Shown here: one piece after another, positions 1 through 9,151 of the stretch
Numbering within the stretch: position 1 is the first letter of the stretch
Layout of the letters: each line of letters starts with the position of its first letter
Assembly: GCA_050942825.1 (NCBI GenBank)
Contig: JBMNOA010000003.1
Span: 12-64,011 of the forward strand
Reading direction: 5' to 3'
DNA from: Bacillota bacterium
GTDB taxonomy: Bacteria; Bacillota; Dehalobacteriia; UBA4068
DNA length: 64,000 bases
The notes under the pieces: model-generated
The model's database searches: none
What the model saw: only the letters and a program-made list of their open reading frames with translations
Told to the model about the DNA's origin: nothing
Program-made: the position numbers and the translations under genes

Positions 1-435
1 TATCTGGGACTATTACCACAAGATCATTTATATGAGCTTTCGGTTGAGGAAATAGGTCAAGCCTATTTGTCCGAGTTGAAGCGTTTGACCAAAGTAGAAA
101 AAGCGCGTATGATAACTTTGTGTGGCCCGCATAGAGATGATTTTGAAATAAAAATAGATGATAAGCCTGCCAGAAGGTTTGCTTCCCAAGGACAACAAAG
201 ATCAGCAGCCTTAGCCTTAAAATTAGCTGAGATGGAATTAGCTAAATCTGAAAAGCAATATTATCCCGTTCTTTTATTGGATGATGTAATGTCTGAGATG
301 GACTTTAAACGCCGACAACATTTACTGTCGCTGATAACGGGCAAGGCTCAAACATTTATTACTGCTACCGACTTGAATTTTCGATTATTAGACGGAGAAA
401 AATTTATTATTCAGCAAGGCCGTATAAAAAAATAA
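1..435 (+). CDS. recF: DNA replication and repair protein RecF, C-terminal portion (5' end lies outside the window)
   Basis: The reading frame is open from base 1. The C-terminal RecF signature region (...PVLLLDDVMSEMD..RR..LL...) is present, and a DUF370 gene follows as in the Firmicute oriC-proximal region. Confidence 0.85.
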   Translation, partial: YLGLLPQDHLYELSVEEIGQAYLSELKRLTKVEKARMITLCGPHRDDFEIKIDDKPARRFASQGQQRSAALALKLAEMELAKSEKQYYPVLLLDDVMSEMDFKRRQHLLSLITGKAQTFITATDLNFRLLDGEKFIIQQGRIKK

Positions 436-461
436 AGATCCAATTTATAAAGGTAAATACC

Positions 462-704
462 ATGAACGAAACTATCGATCCACAAAAAATTGTGGCTATT
501 TTGTTACTAAAAAAGTCTTCTCTTAATGACAAAAAAATAGCAACAATACAAGCTAAAAACCTATGTAACAAAGGTCAAAAGCCCAAGACCCTTGTTATTA
601 CTGCTGATGACAAGTATTTATCTCCTTATACAGCAGCTACTTATGCCAATCATGATTGGCAAAAATATTATGATCTGAGGAATAAAGGAGGTTTATCCTT
701 GTGA
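462..704 (+). CDS. DUF370 family small protein (YaaB/RemB-like)
   Basis: 80-aa ORF immediately after recF, the conserved position of yaaB/remB. It carries a K..TLVITADDKYLSPYTAATYA pattern resembling the DUF370 core. Confidence 0.55.
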   Translation: MNETIDPQKIVAILLLKKSSLNDKKIATIQAKNLCNKGQKPKTLVITADDKYLSPYTAATYANHDWQKYYDLRNKGGLSL

Positions 705-1528
705 TTGTTAGAGAAAAAGGTATTATTGATTGTTCAGATCCTTATGAATACGAAGGTAATGGCTATATCGCTTGTTTGGATTCTGGAATTGGTGGAATTT
801 CGGTATTAGTTGCTGCCAGAAAAAGCTTACCGGAAGAAGATTTTATCTATTTTGCCGATATAGCTAATGCTCCTTATGGGGACAAGGATACCTCTTTAGT
901 ACAAAAATTAGTATTAGAACAAGTAAACAAACTTTTGACCTGGAAATTGAAAGCATTACTTTTGGCCTGTAATACTGCAACTTCGGCTGCGGTTGCAGAA
1001 TTACGTAATTTATTGGATATTCCTATTTTTGGCCTAGAGCCAGCTTTAAAGCCTGCTGTAAAAGAGTGTATGGGCCGAATTATTGTTTTAGCAACCTCCT
1101 TGACTTTAAAAGAAAAGAAATTTGCTAATTTATTAGCTAAAATATCTAAAGCTAAAGATATAGTAACCTTGCCTTGCCCCGGGTTGATGGAACTTGTGGA
1201 AGATGGGCCGCAAAACCCTATTATCGGTGAATATTTACAGAATATCCTGGCACCTTATAAGGATAGTTTTGACGGTATAGTTTTAGGCTGTACGCACTAT
1301 CTTTTTATTAAACCCTGGATCAAACAGCTATTCCCGGATGTTTTAATTTTTGATGGTAATCAAGGTGCTGTAAACCAGTTAAATAAAGTGCTGAAAGAAG
1401 AGGGATTGTTAGGCGGGGGAACCGGTCAATTAATATTTCTTTCCTCATTGACCGATCCTGAAGAGCATGATCTTTTTATCAATAAATATTGGGATTTTTA
1501 TGATTTTTATGAAGCCATGATCGAATAA
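701..1528 (+). CDS. murI: glutamate racemase
   Basis: DSGIGG motif and both catalytic-cysteine motifs (LLACNTAT and GCTHY). GTG start overlaps the upstream stop by 4 nt. Confidence 0.9.
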   Translation: MIVREKGIIDCSDPYEYEGNGYIACLDSGIGGISVLVAARKSLPEEDFIYFADIANAPYGDKDTSLVQKLVLEQVNKLLTWKLKALLLACNTATSAAVAELRNLLDIPIFGLEPALKPAVKECMGRIIVLATSLTLKEKKFANLLAKISKAKDIVTLPCPGLMELVEDGPQNPIIGEYLQNILAPYKDSFDGIVLGCTHYLFIKPWIKQLFPDVLIFDGNQGAVNQLNKVLKEEGLLGGGTGQLIFLSSLTDPEEHDLFINKYWDFYDFYEAMIE

Positions 1529-1561
1529 AAAAAGAGCTCTCTGGTCAAGAAAGTTCTTTTT
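1529..1561. terminator. short hairpin with A/T runs between the convergent murI and phosphodiester glycosidase genes
   Basis: aaaaagagctctctggtcaagaaagttcttttttt: imperfect stem flanked by an A-run and a T-run. Confidence 0.4.
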
Positions 1562-2635
1562 TTATTTAAACACCACTATATTAGTGGCCATATTTCTTTG
1601 TTTGCCGTCAGAAGGCTTATTTAAAACCTTACCGTTGTAATACATGGCCGAGGATCCTCCGCCGTCTAAATTGAAGGCTTCCATTACACCTAAACGCATC
1701 AATAAGATTTGCATTTCTTCCAAAGTTATACCTGATGACCAGTTACTGCGGCGGCCGTCTACCACGATAAAGAAAATATCACCATTGGGATATTGACCTA
1801 ATACAGTACGAGGCTGACGTGCTTTAGCCCACTTAGAAGGAATTTTAATAGCATCCCAATCACGAATAAGTACTGGAACAAAGCTTACTCCCTGGTATGC
1901 TCCCGAGGCTTTTAGTTCAGATTCATTTTTATATACACCGCCCACAAGCTTATTATTTTTACTGAATCCGGCAAAAGCCAAATTATTGACAGAAGGAACA
2001 AACTCACCTATTAATTTCCCATTGATCATTGTATTGCCCAAAGGCACTGTCTTTGCTACACCATTTGTTGTCAACGTGGCGAAACCTCCACCGTTAACGG
2101 CAAAAATCGCGCCCATTCTTTGTGCGGCTTGACTGGTGGTTTCTCCTTTTGGTTTGCTGTCTGGACTGATAGTAACCCGCAGCGCAGAAGATTTTTTAAG
2201 CTTTATTTTGGCCATATAACCACGAAAATCTTCTTTTCTTAATTCAAATATCATAATTGAAGAATTGGTACCATTACTGGTATAAATAGCCTGGCCCAAA
2301 CGATTGATGATCATTTTTTCATAAGTTTCTTGCGATAAATTTTTATGGGAGGCTGTTGTGGTGGCTAAATCAGCCAATTGCTGTGAGATTTTTTCATCTT
2401 CTGCTTGAGCTTTTTTAAGTGAAGCATCAAAATTACTGGCTCCTGTTAACAGACGGTTGAAAGCCTCTTCCGCTGAGGACAAAGAGGGCTCGGTTATGGT
2501 ATTTGAGGTCTCTAAAACCGCTGTAGAAAAATTGATAGCCGGTCTGAAACTGTCTAAAACGGCTGCAGTTAAAAAACCCAGGGCGACAGCGGATAGTGAA
2601 ATTAAAGTTATAATGATAATCTTTTTTTCGCTCAT
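1562..2635 (-). CDS. phosphodiester glycosidase family protein (DUF2233/NAGPA-like), N-terminal membrane anchor
   Basis: N-terminal TM helix. Family motifs AVNGGGF and NLDGGGSSAMYYNG are present. Confidence 0.75.
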   Translation of the reverse strand: MSEKKIIIITLISLSAVALGFLTAAVLDSFRPAINFSTAVLETSNTITEPSLSSAEEAFNRLLTGASNFDASLKKAQAEDEKISQQLADLATTTASHKNLSQETYEKMIINRLGQAIYTSNGTNSSIMIFELRKEDFRGYMAKIKLKKSSALRVTISPDSKPKGETTSQAAQRMGAIFAVNGGGFATLTTNGVAKTVPLGNTMINGKLIGEFVPSVNNLAFAGFSKNNKLVGGVYKNESELKASGAYQGVSFVPVLIRDWDAIKIPSKWAKARQPRTVLGQYPNGDIFFIVVDGRRSNWSSGITLEEMQILLMRLGVMEAFNLDGGGSSAMYYNGKVLNKPSDGKQRNMATNIVVFK

Positions 2636-2639
2636 AGCA

Positions 2640-3254
2640 TTACCTTAGATTTCCTTTGGATTCTTTTAATAGTTCCAAAGCATTTTTAAGACTGGCTAAT
2701 TGTTTATCCAATTCTTCTATTCTTTTTGCCATAGCCTCTCTATTGGCAGAGCTGCTGCTGCTGATAGATTTATCGGCTTCTTCCAGGATTAAAGAAATTG
2801 AATTCATTTGTTCTTCTATTGTGCCCAAACGAGTATTGATATCCGTTAAAGCCTCTTGATTGCTATGAGCTATTCGGTTTAATTCTTGCTGCACAAAAGC
2901 TTTATCAGCGGAAAATTTTAGATATAGCCCTATACAAGAGCCTGCTATCGCTATAATAAATATAATAATAGACAGGCGCATGATCTTGTGGGTTTTTTCA
3001 TCTATATTAATAATGCTATTTTTTCGTCGGGCTTTTTTTGTTGTTCCTTTTTCTTTCTTATCGGCTGGCGATGGGTTGACAACAACATCCGTTCCAATTT
3101 CTTTTGGCTGTGATGCTATTTGTTGTGGATCGGGATCAGTTATATTAATGCAAGAAGCTTCTTCCGTAATATTATTTTGTTGCATTTGGTCGCGTTGAAA
3201 AAACTCCCATGAGGAGGAGCTACTGCCTATTCTTTTATCAGTCATTTTTATCAC
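2640..3254 (-). CDS. hypothetical single-pass membrane protein with a C-terminal coiled-coil region
   Basis: 204-aa ORF with a Ser-rich basic N-terminus, one hydrophobic helix (LSIIIFIIAIAGSCIGLYL) and heptad-like C-terminal segments. No recognisable family. Confidence 0.5.
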   Translation of the reverse strand: MIKMTDKRIGSSSSSWEFFQRDQMQQNNITEEASCINITDPDPQQIASQPKEIGTDVVVNPSPADKKEKGTTKKARRKNSIINIDEKTHKIMRLSIIIFIIAIAGSCIGLYLKFSADKAFVQQELNRIAHSNQEALTDINTRLGTIEEQMNSISLILEEADKSISSSSSANREAMAKRIEELDKQLASLKNALELLKESKGNLR

Positions 3255-3345
3255 CGCCTATATTTGAGTTTTTGCTTTTTGTGGGTAGATTATTCTTTTT
3301 TATAAGTACTAGGTATTTTCTTTTTTCACCAAAATTTTATCAAGA

Positions 3346-3399
3346 ATAAAAAAATTGTCAAATCTTTTGCGTATCTTTAAAGATTTAGACAATTTTTTT
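3346..3399. terminator. near-perfect 13-bp-stem palindrome flanked by an A-run and a T-run (bidirectional terminator-like)
   Basis: aaaaaaattgtcaaatcttt-(loop)-aaagatttagacaattttttt, between the murA terminator and the start of the 2640-3254 gene. Confidence 0.5.
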
Positions 3400-3427
3400 G
3401 ATATAAAGTTTCCTAAAGGCCGTATTT

Positions 3428-3458
3428 AAAATAAAACACCCTAAAAAGGGTGTTTTAT
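3428..3458 (-). terminator. rho-independent terminator of murA
   Basis: Hairpin aacaccct-aaaaa-gggtgtt immediately 3' of the murA stop on the minus strand, followed by a T-rich tract. Confidence 0.6.
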
Positions 3459-4753
3459 ATATCAATAAATCTTATTTTAGCACCTAAAGCTTGTAGTTTA
3501 GTACAAATATTATCATAACCTCTTTCTATATGCTGTGTCTCATAGATTTCGGTAATGCCTTTGGCCTTAAGTCCGGCAATAATTAGAGCTGCGCCTGCCC
3601 TCAGGTCGGTAGCTTTGACTTTATTGGCTTCCAGATGGCTAACACCATTAACGATGGCTGTATGTCCGTCTATCTGAATGTCCGCAGCCATTTTACGCAA
3701 TTCATTTACATGCATAAAGCGATTTTCAAATACTGTTTCACTGATAGTACTGGAGCCTCTGGCGGTTGTCAAAAATGACATGAATTGGGCTTGCATATCT
3801 GTAGGAAATCCGGGATAGGGCAAAGTCTTAATATCCAGAGGCAGAATATCTTCCCTGCCGCGAATACGCATATCATCATATGATTCTTCTATAAAAACAC
3901 CTGTTTCTTGCAATTTGGCAGTGATAGATTTTAAATGTTCGGGGATGATATTTTTGATGATGATCTCTTCTCCCATAGCGGCTGCAATCACCATAAATGT
4001 ACCTGCTTCTATCCTATCTGGTATCACGGTATGATGAATAGGTTTTAATGAAGTAGTGCCTTGTATGCGGATTACTTTAGTCCCTGCTCCCTTGATTTTG
4101 GCTCCCATGGCCGATAAAAAGTTGGACAGATCGACTATCTCTGGTTCAGCGGCGGCATTTTCGATAATGGTATTGCCTTCGGCCAAGGTGGCAGCCATCA
4201 TGAGATTTTCTGTAGCGCCCACGCTGGGGAAGTCTAAGTAGATACGGTTACCGTATAAACGGGGTGCTTTGGTAACTATATAATTATGACCTATACTGAT
4301 TTGCGCTCCCATGGCTTCAAAGCCTTTAAGATGTAAATCTATGGGACGGGCGCCAATAGCACAACCTCCGGGTAAAAACATCTTTACCTGTCCAAATTTT
4401 GCCAGTAGAGGGCCCATAACCAAAAAAGAAGCACGCATTTGACGTACTAATTCTCCGGGGGTTTCTGTGGAACAAAGATTAGCAGTATTTAGCTCTAACT
4501 TGTTACCTTGTAGAGTACTACCTACTCCCAATGATTCTAATACCATACACATAGTATTTACGTCAGATAAAAGGGGAGTATCATCTATTATACAGGATCC
4601 ATCAGCTAATAAGGAAGCAACCATGAGGGGGAGTACAGCATTTTTGGCTCCGCTTATGGTCACTTCTCCTCTTAATGGAATACCTCCTTCAATTACTATC
4701 TTTCTCAAAATACTTCCTCCCGCAAAGTGGTTCTTTTTATTTTCCACATCCAA
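3455..4753 (-). CDS. murA: UDP-N-acetylglucosamine 1-carboxyvinyltransferase
   Basis: 432 aa with full-length MurA similarity (GGIPLRGEVTISGAKNAVLP..., catalytic Cys region GGCAIGARPID). Confidence 0.92.
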   Translation of the reverse strand: MDVENKKNHFAGGSILRKIVIEGGIPLRGEVTISGAKNAVLPLMVASLLADGSCIIDDTPLLSDVNTMCMVLESLGVGSTLQGNKLELNTANLCSTETPGELVRQMRASFLVMGPLLAKFGQVKMFLPGGCAIGARPIDLHLKGFEAMGAQISIGHNYIVTKAPRLYGNRIYLDFPSVGATENLMMAATLAEGNTIIENAAAEPEIVDLSNFLSAMGAKIKGAGTKVIRIQGTTSLKPIHHTVIPDRIEAGTFMVIAAAMGEEIIIKNIIPEHLKSITAKLQETGVFIEESYDDMRIRGREDILPLDIKTLPYPGFPTDMQAQFMSFLTTARGSSTISETVFENRFMHVNELRKMAADIQIDGHTAIVNGVSHLEANKVKATDLRAGAALIIAGLKAKGITEIYETQHIERGYDNICTKLQALGAKIRFIDI

Positions 4754-4783
4754 GCGGTAATATCCTGCTTTTCCAATATTATA

Positions 4784-5509
4784 TTAATAATCGCTGAATA
4801 CCAGAGGCATTCCCAGATATATATAGGTAGTATCCTGTTTTTTATTATAGTCTCCGGCCAGTTGGATATTGACTTTTTTATCTTGATAAGTTGTTTCCGG
4901 CAAGATTCCTTTGATATAACCACTATAGCAGATATAATTTCCCTCTTGGTTAGAAGCTATTTTTTTGGCGTCACAGGCCACTAAAGCCTTATCAAAAAGA
5001 CGCCCCAGATCTTTTGCGGAATGATAACCCGGTAATGATGCCATGATCAAATAAATGCGATCACCTTCTTGTCCTAAAGCCTGATCCATTTCATAGCGCA
5101 GGCTTTCAAAAGCGGCTATCTCTCCTTGGGCTTGTATATCTACTATAAGATAAGTCTTTTGTGGCAATGATTGGTAAGTGATTTCATAGCTATTATGATC
5201 TTTTTCTGCCACAAGACGCACTTGATGCCAATTTTTACTTTCGTCAGTCAATTGATCTTTGATAGTTAATTGTAGTTGATTTGCGATAGTTTCTGCTCTT
5301 GATTGCAAATCGGACATAGGTAAAAAGGAGTTTTCTTCTAAAATCCAGCCCATTAAACGCAAAGACTCTTCATGTGCTTCTAAGGGTTCAAAAGCCTCTA
5401 AAAGAGGTTCTTTTTGTCCTTTTTCTACAGCTTTGCTGCAAGAGGTCAAGGAAAAAACAGAAAAAACAATAATCAATATCAAAAGCCATGTACCAGTCTT
5501 TTTATTCAT
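4784..5509 (-). CDS. YwmB-like lipoprotein (DUF1779-like), lipobox LTSC
   Basis: Signal peptide plus lipobox. It sits immediately upstream of murA as ywmB does in Bacillus. The family assignment rests on context only. Confidence 0.45.
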   Translation of the reverse strand: MNKKTGTWLLILIIVFSVFSLTSCSKAVEKGQKEPLLEAFEPLEAHEESLRLMGWILEENSFLPMSDLQSRAETIANQLQLTIKDQLTDESKNWHQVRLVAEKDHNSYEITYQSLPQKTYLIVDIQAQGEIAAFESLRYEMDQALGQEGDRIYLIMASLPGYHSAKDLGRLFDKALVACDAKKIASNQEGNYICYSGYIKGILPETTYQDKKVNIQLAGDYNKKQDTTYIYLGMPLVFSDY

Positions 5510-5644
5510 ATGAAATCCTCCTTTTCTTGATTATATTTTTGCCTGGCAGAGCAGCTAATATACGGAGGTGAGTTTATTTTTATACTTTAAACAAGTAATA
5601 AAAAATATTATAACCCATATATTTTATCAAAAGTATTTTAATGA

Positions 5645-6613
5645 GTGTGGGGCATGAGGACATTAAAAATCCTATTAATCTATTTTTTTGTTGTTTTGAT
5701 TCTATTGGCGGTTTTGCCGTTAATTTTTGTTACTATTTCATCTTCTGCCCAAGGATCAAACAATTCTCAAATAAAGGCCGATTCTTTGGTGGTGGCAGTT
5801 ATTTCTCCTCAGGGTGAGAAAACAAAGTTGCCCATAGAGGAATATTTAGTAGGTGTCGTAGCTGCTGAAATGCCGGCCTCCTTTGAATCGGAAGCGTTGA
5901 AAGCTCAAGCAATCGCAGCTCGCACCTTTGTCTATCGCAATATTCCTGTGCCATTACAAGAAAATGGTACAGATGAGGAGGATATAGCAGTCAGTTCTGA
6001 TCCAGCTCGCTTTCAGGCTTATATAGATGAAAGAGAAAGGAGTCAACGCTGGCATAGCAACAAGGAAAAAAATGAAGCTAAAATACGCCAAGTAATTCAA
6101 GAAACCCAAGGCATAATTATTACTAAAGATGGCAAAGCAGTAACTACGCCTTATTCTGCCATTTGTGGTGGCCAAACGGCATCGTCCGCTGATGTATGGG
6201 GCGGAGACAACTCATGGTTACAAAGTGTTCCCTGTAAATGGGATAAAGAGGCAGCTAAATATGAAAGTGAGGTGACTTTAACACTAGAAGAAGTATCTCA
6301 AAAATTATCTGCAGAGATCAAAGATGTAAAAAAAATGAAGGTTATTTCGAGGTATAAAGACAATCGTATTAAACAAATGGCTATTGGTGAAAAAACTTGG
6401 AACGGTACTGAGATACGTAACGTATTAGGTCTCAATTCAACAAATTTTACTTGGGATATAAAAGGAGATGATATTTTTTTTCACGTTCAAGGTTATGGAC
6501 ATGGCGTGGGCCTTTGTCAATATGGAGCCAATGGCCTAGCCAAAAAAGGCTATACGGCCGAGAAAATCTTAAAATACTATTATAACGGAATAGAATTAAC
6601 TAAAGCTTATTGA
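5645..6613 (+). CDS. spoIID: stage II sporulation protein D (SpoIID/LytB domain, lytic transglycosylase)
   Basis: N-terminal TM. SpoIID-domain motifs EEYLVGVVAAEMP...ALKAQAIAARTF and C-terminal GHGVGLCQYGA. Stop codon is TGA. Confidence 0.88.
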   Translation: MWGMRTLKILLIYFFVVLILLAVLPLIFVTISSSAQGSNNSQIKADSLVVAVISPQGEKTKLPIEEYLVGVVAAEMPASFESEALKAQAIAARTFVYRNIPVPLQENGTDEEDIAVSSDPARFQAYIDERERSQRWHSNKEKNEAKIRQVIQETQGIIITKDGKAVTTPYSAICGGQTASSADVWGGDNSWLQSVPCKWDKEAAKYESEVTLTLEEVSQKLSAEIKDVKKMKVISRYKDNRIKQMAIGEKTWNGTEIRNVLGLNSTNFTWDIKGDDIFFHVQGYGHGVGLCQYGANGLAKKGYTAEKILKYYYNGIELTKAY

Positions 6614-6671
6614 GGAAAAATGTTAGGTATTGTTGAAAGGAGCATAAAATCTTATATCAGAGAAAGTTCAT

Positions 6672-6703
6672 AAAAAAGCAGCCGTTTACGGCTGCTTTTT
6701 TAT
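6672..6703. terminator. bidirectional rho-independent terminator between convergent spoIID and the M23 peptidase gene
   Basis: aaaaaagcagccgtttacggctgctttttt: perfect 9-bp stem with an A-run on one side and a T-run on the other. Confidence 0.75.
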
Positions 6704-6745
6704 TGCAATTTATAAGAATATGAGCTTAACCAGATATTTAGTTAG

Positions 6746-7438
6746 TTATTTTATATAATCCAGCGGATTTTGCTGACCATCTTCAGAGCTAATTTCTAAA
6801 TGCAAATGAGGTTCCTGCATAGCTTCTGCTTTGGGGGAGGGGGCAACAGTGCCAATGGTTTCACCCGCTACAACAGATTGCCCTTCTTTTATTCCTGAAG
6901 GAGTTATACAGCGATAGATACTCTTCATGCCACCGGCATGTTCAATTTCTATACAACCGCCCCAATAGTTATCAGATGCAGCTTTGGTTACAGTGCCATC
7001 CGCTACAGCAAATACCAGCTCTCCTACAGCCAAGGACATATCTACTCCGCTATGAAAACGATAATCATCAAATGTGGGGTCCAATTGGTAACCATATTGG
7101 CGGCTCCATGTTCCTGTAGCAGGAGGTAGCCATATCTCTACCTTGCTGCTTGCGCTTATGATATCCTGCTCGTTTTGCCCCGTGGGGGCTGTTTTTTCTT
7201 CTGGGAGTGAGTTTTCCCCCTCGTAGGTGGAAGTTTCATTCGATGTTGTGCTATCCTGAGTGAGATTTTCATCTACACTGGCGATAGGCGGGGCTTGTTG
7301 ATCATTTCTATCGAATATCGCGTCTCTATTCCAAACCACAAGAGTGCCGATTATTACCACCATAGCAACGATGCCCCAGATTGATATCTTATTATTGCGC
7401 CCTCGGTTATGGCGATCATAATTATTTTTTTCGTTCAT
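6746..7438 (-). CDS. membrane-anchored M23/LytM family metallopeptidase, possible SpoIIQ
   Basis: N-terminal TM. M23 motifs HSGVDM and HLHLEI have their catalytic His intact. RBS GAGAGGAGG lies 9 nt before the ATG at 7438. Adjacent to spoIID as spoIIQ is in clostridia. Confidence 0.7.
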   Translation of the reverse strand: MNEKNNYDRHNRGRNNKISIWGIVAMVVIIGTLVVWNRDAIFDRNDQQAPPIASVDENLTQDSTTSNETSTYEGENSLPEEKTAPTGQNEQDIISASSKVEIWLPPATGTWSRQYGYQLDPTFDDYRFHSGVDMSLAVGELVFAVADGTVTKAASDNYWGGCIEIEHAGGMKSIYRCITPSGIKEGQSVVAGETIGTVAPSPKAEAMQEPHLHLEISSEDGQQNPLDYIK

Positions 7439-7573
7439 TAAAATAAACCTCCTCTCATTAGCAAGTATTTCCAAAATATGCCTTTTATATACTTTTTATA
7501 AATTAAAAAGTGTACGGGAAAAGAGGTTATCCGGTAACAAAATGGAATATAATTTAGCTGTAAAGGAGTAAAT

Positions 7574-8212
7574 ATGAAATTTTTAGTTATTGCCTGCGCT
7601 ATGCTTAAAGATGAGTTGGAAGCAGCCAGAAAAAGCCCACTTTTAGACAACAACAATTCTTATGAGGTAATTTATCTTCAAGAGCGCCTGCATCAAAACA
7701 CAACTCAAATCCGTGATAGTATAGAAAAGGTGTTGGCTGATGTTGGTGATTATGATACCATTCTTATGGGGTATGGTTTTTGTGGCTTGGCTTTTTGTGG
7801 CCTTATTTGTCCCAGGAAGCTGGTTTTACCTCGTTATGATGATTGTATCAGCTTGCTTTTGGCCTCCAATGATAAACAAAAAGGGGTTTTTTATTTGACA
7901 CCGTCCTGGCTTTTAGGCTCCGATAATTTTTTCTTTCAATATGAGACCATATTTGGTCGTTATGGTAAGGAAAAAGCTTTGTCTTATCTAAGAAAAATGT
8001 TTGTTAATTATAGTTCTTTGTGTTTTATTGAACAGTATGCCGGACAAGCCTCAAGCTACCTCAAGGAATTAAATGATTTGAGCCAATTATTAAATTTGCC
8101 GGTCATTTGCTGCAGTGGTTCATTGCACATTATACAAAAGCTGCTACATGGTCCATGGGATGATGATTTTGTTATTTTTGAGCCCGGCCAGAAAATAAAG
8201 TGTCCGCTTTAG
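7574..8212 (+). CDS. DUF1638 domain protein
   Basis: 212-aa ORF whose N-terminus (MKFLVIACAMLKDELE...) and Cys-rich pattern are typical of DUF1638. Confidence 0.5.
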   Translation: MKFLVIACAMLKDELEAARKSPLLDNNNSYEVIYLQERLHQNTTQIRDSIEKVLADVGDYDTILMGYGFCGLAFCGLICPRKLVLPRYDDCISLLLASNDKQKGVFYLTPSWLLGSDNFFFQYETIFGRYGKEKALSYLRKMFVNYSSLCFIEQYAGQASSYLKELNDLSQLLNLPVICCSGSLHIIQKLLHGPWDDDFVIFEPGQKIKCPL

Positions 8213-8232
8213 TAGAGGAGGAGGGGTTATTT

Positions 8233-8703
8233 ATGACCAATGATTTACCGAGAATAGCTAGTTTTAGTATCGACCATGAAAATCTGATGCCCGGTCTTTA
8301 TATCAGCCGTCATGATGGCGACGTGGTTACTTATGATTTGCGCATGAAAAGGCCCAACAGAGAGCCTGTTTTATCTACAGGATCTTGTCATGCCATCGAA
8401 CATATAGCAGCGACTTTTTTACGTGCCCATGATGCTGACCATAAAATGATTTATTTTGGACCCATGGGTTGCCGTACAGGGTTTTATCTGCTTTATAGAG
8501 AGGGAGTCGAACCTTGGCAAATAAAACAAAAACTTATAGATGCCTTTAATTATATAGTAAATTTTGATAGTGCTATTCCAGGAGCAACCTCAAAAGAGTG
8601 TGGCAATTATCTTGATATGGATTTACGGCAAGCAAGAAAAGACGCTGCTGCTTATGTGGCTGTTTTAGAATCTTTGTCCTCTGATCAATGGTACAAATAT
8701 TAA
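8233..8703 (+). CDS. luxS: S-ribosylhomocysteine lyase (autoinducer-2 synthase)
   Basis: SFSIDH and HAIEH (the LuxS HxxEH metal motif) plus C-terminal CGN. Strong RBS GGAGGAGG lies 8 nt upstream of the ATG at 8233. Confidence 0.85.
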   Translation: MTNDLPRIASFSIDHENLMPGLYISRHDGDVVTYDLRMKRPNREPVLSTGSCHAIEHIAATFLRAHDADHKMIYFGPMGCRTGFYLLYREGVEPWQIKQKLIDAFNYIVNFDSAIPGATSKECGNYLDMDLRQARKDAAAYVAVLESLSSDQWYKY

Positions 8704-8867
8704 AAGCCGTATATGACAAGTAGATATGCTATCCTGATAGAGAAAAGATTAATAAATCAACATCATAAGAAAATATATATACTTTTAAGCGCCTGAAGCA
8801 AAGGCTGAAAATAAGCAAAGGAATATATGGTACCATGATTTGTTCAAAAAAATCACCTTGATATCAG

Positions 8868-8900
8868 TAAAAAGACGAACCTTGCGGTTCGTCTAATAAT
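8868..8900. terminator. rho-independent terminator between convergent luxS and the DUF3343 gene
   Basis: aaaagacgaacc-ttgc-ggttcgtct-aataatt. Confidence 0.65.
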
Positions 8901-8914
8901 TAAGGCTTAATTAT

Positions 8915-9151
8915 TCAAATCATGATTTCCCTTAAATCCTTAATGCAAATATTATATCTTGTAATTATATTGATTAAAACCGTCCTTTGAGAGGGATCAC
9001 TGCGCCAACTCATGCTGCATGAGGCATTGATAAAATGTGGCGTTGGTATCAGTTGACCGGGTATTCCCATGCGACGGCAAAATTTTTCCAATCTTATAGC
9101 TTCCGAAACATTTTCAAACGTTATGATCAACCATTTTGCTCTTTTTGCCAT
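8915..9151 (-). CDS. DUF3343 domain small protein (putative Se/S carrier-like)
   Basis: 78 aa with the typical LIPTPHFINASCSMSW core of DUF3343. Confidence 0.5.
   Translation of the reverse strand: MAKRAKWLIITFENVSEAIRLEKFCRRMGIPGQLIPTPHFINASCSMSWRSDPSQRTVLINIITRYNICIKDLREIMI

Noticed and set aside
5510-5644. Searched for a SigE-type promoter (ATATT-N14-CATACAnT) upstream of spoIID, and near 62100-62160 upstream of spoIIID
   Set aside because: Only partial matches with wrong spacing (e.g. aatattataaccCATATATT; CCCCATATATATATA), so this is not claimable from sequence alone.
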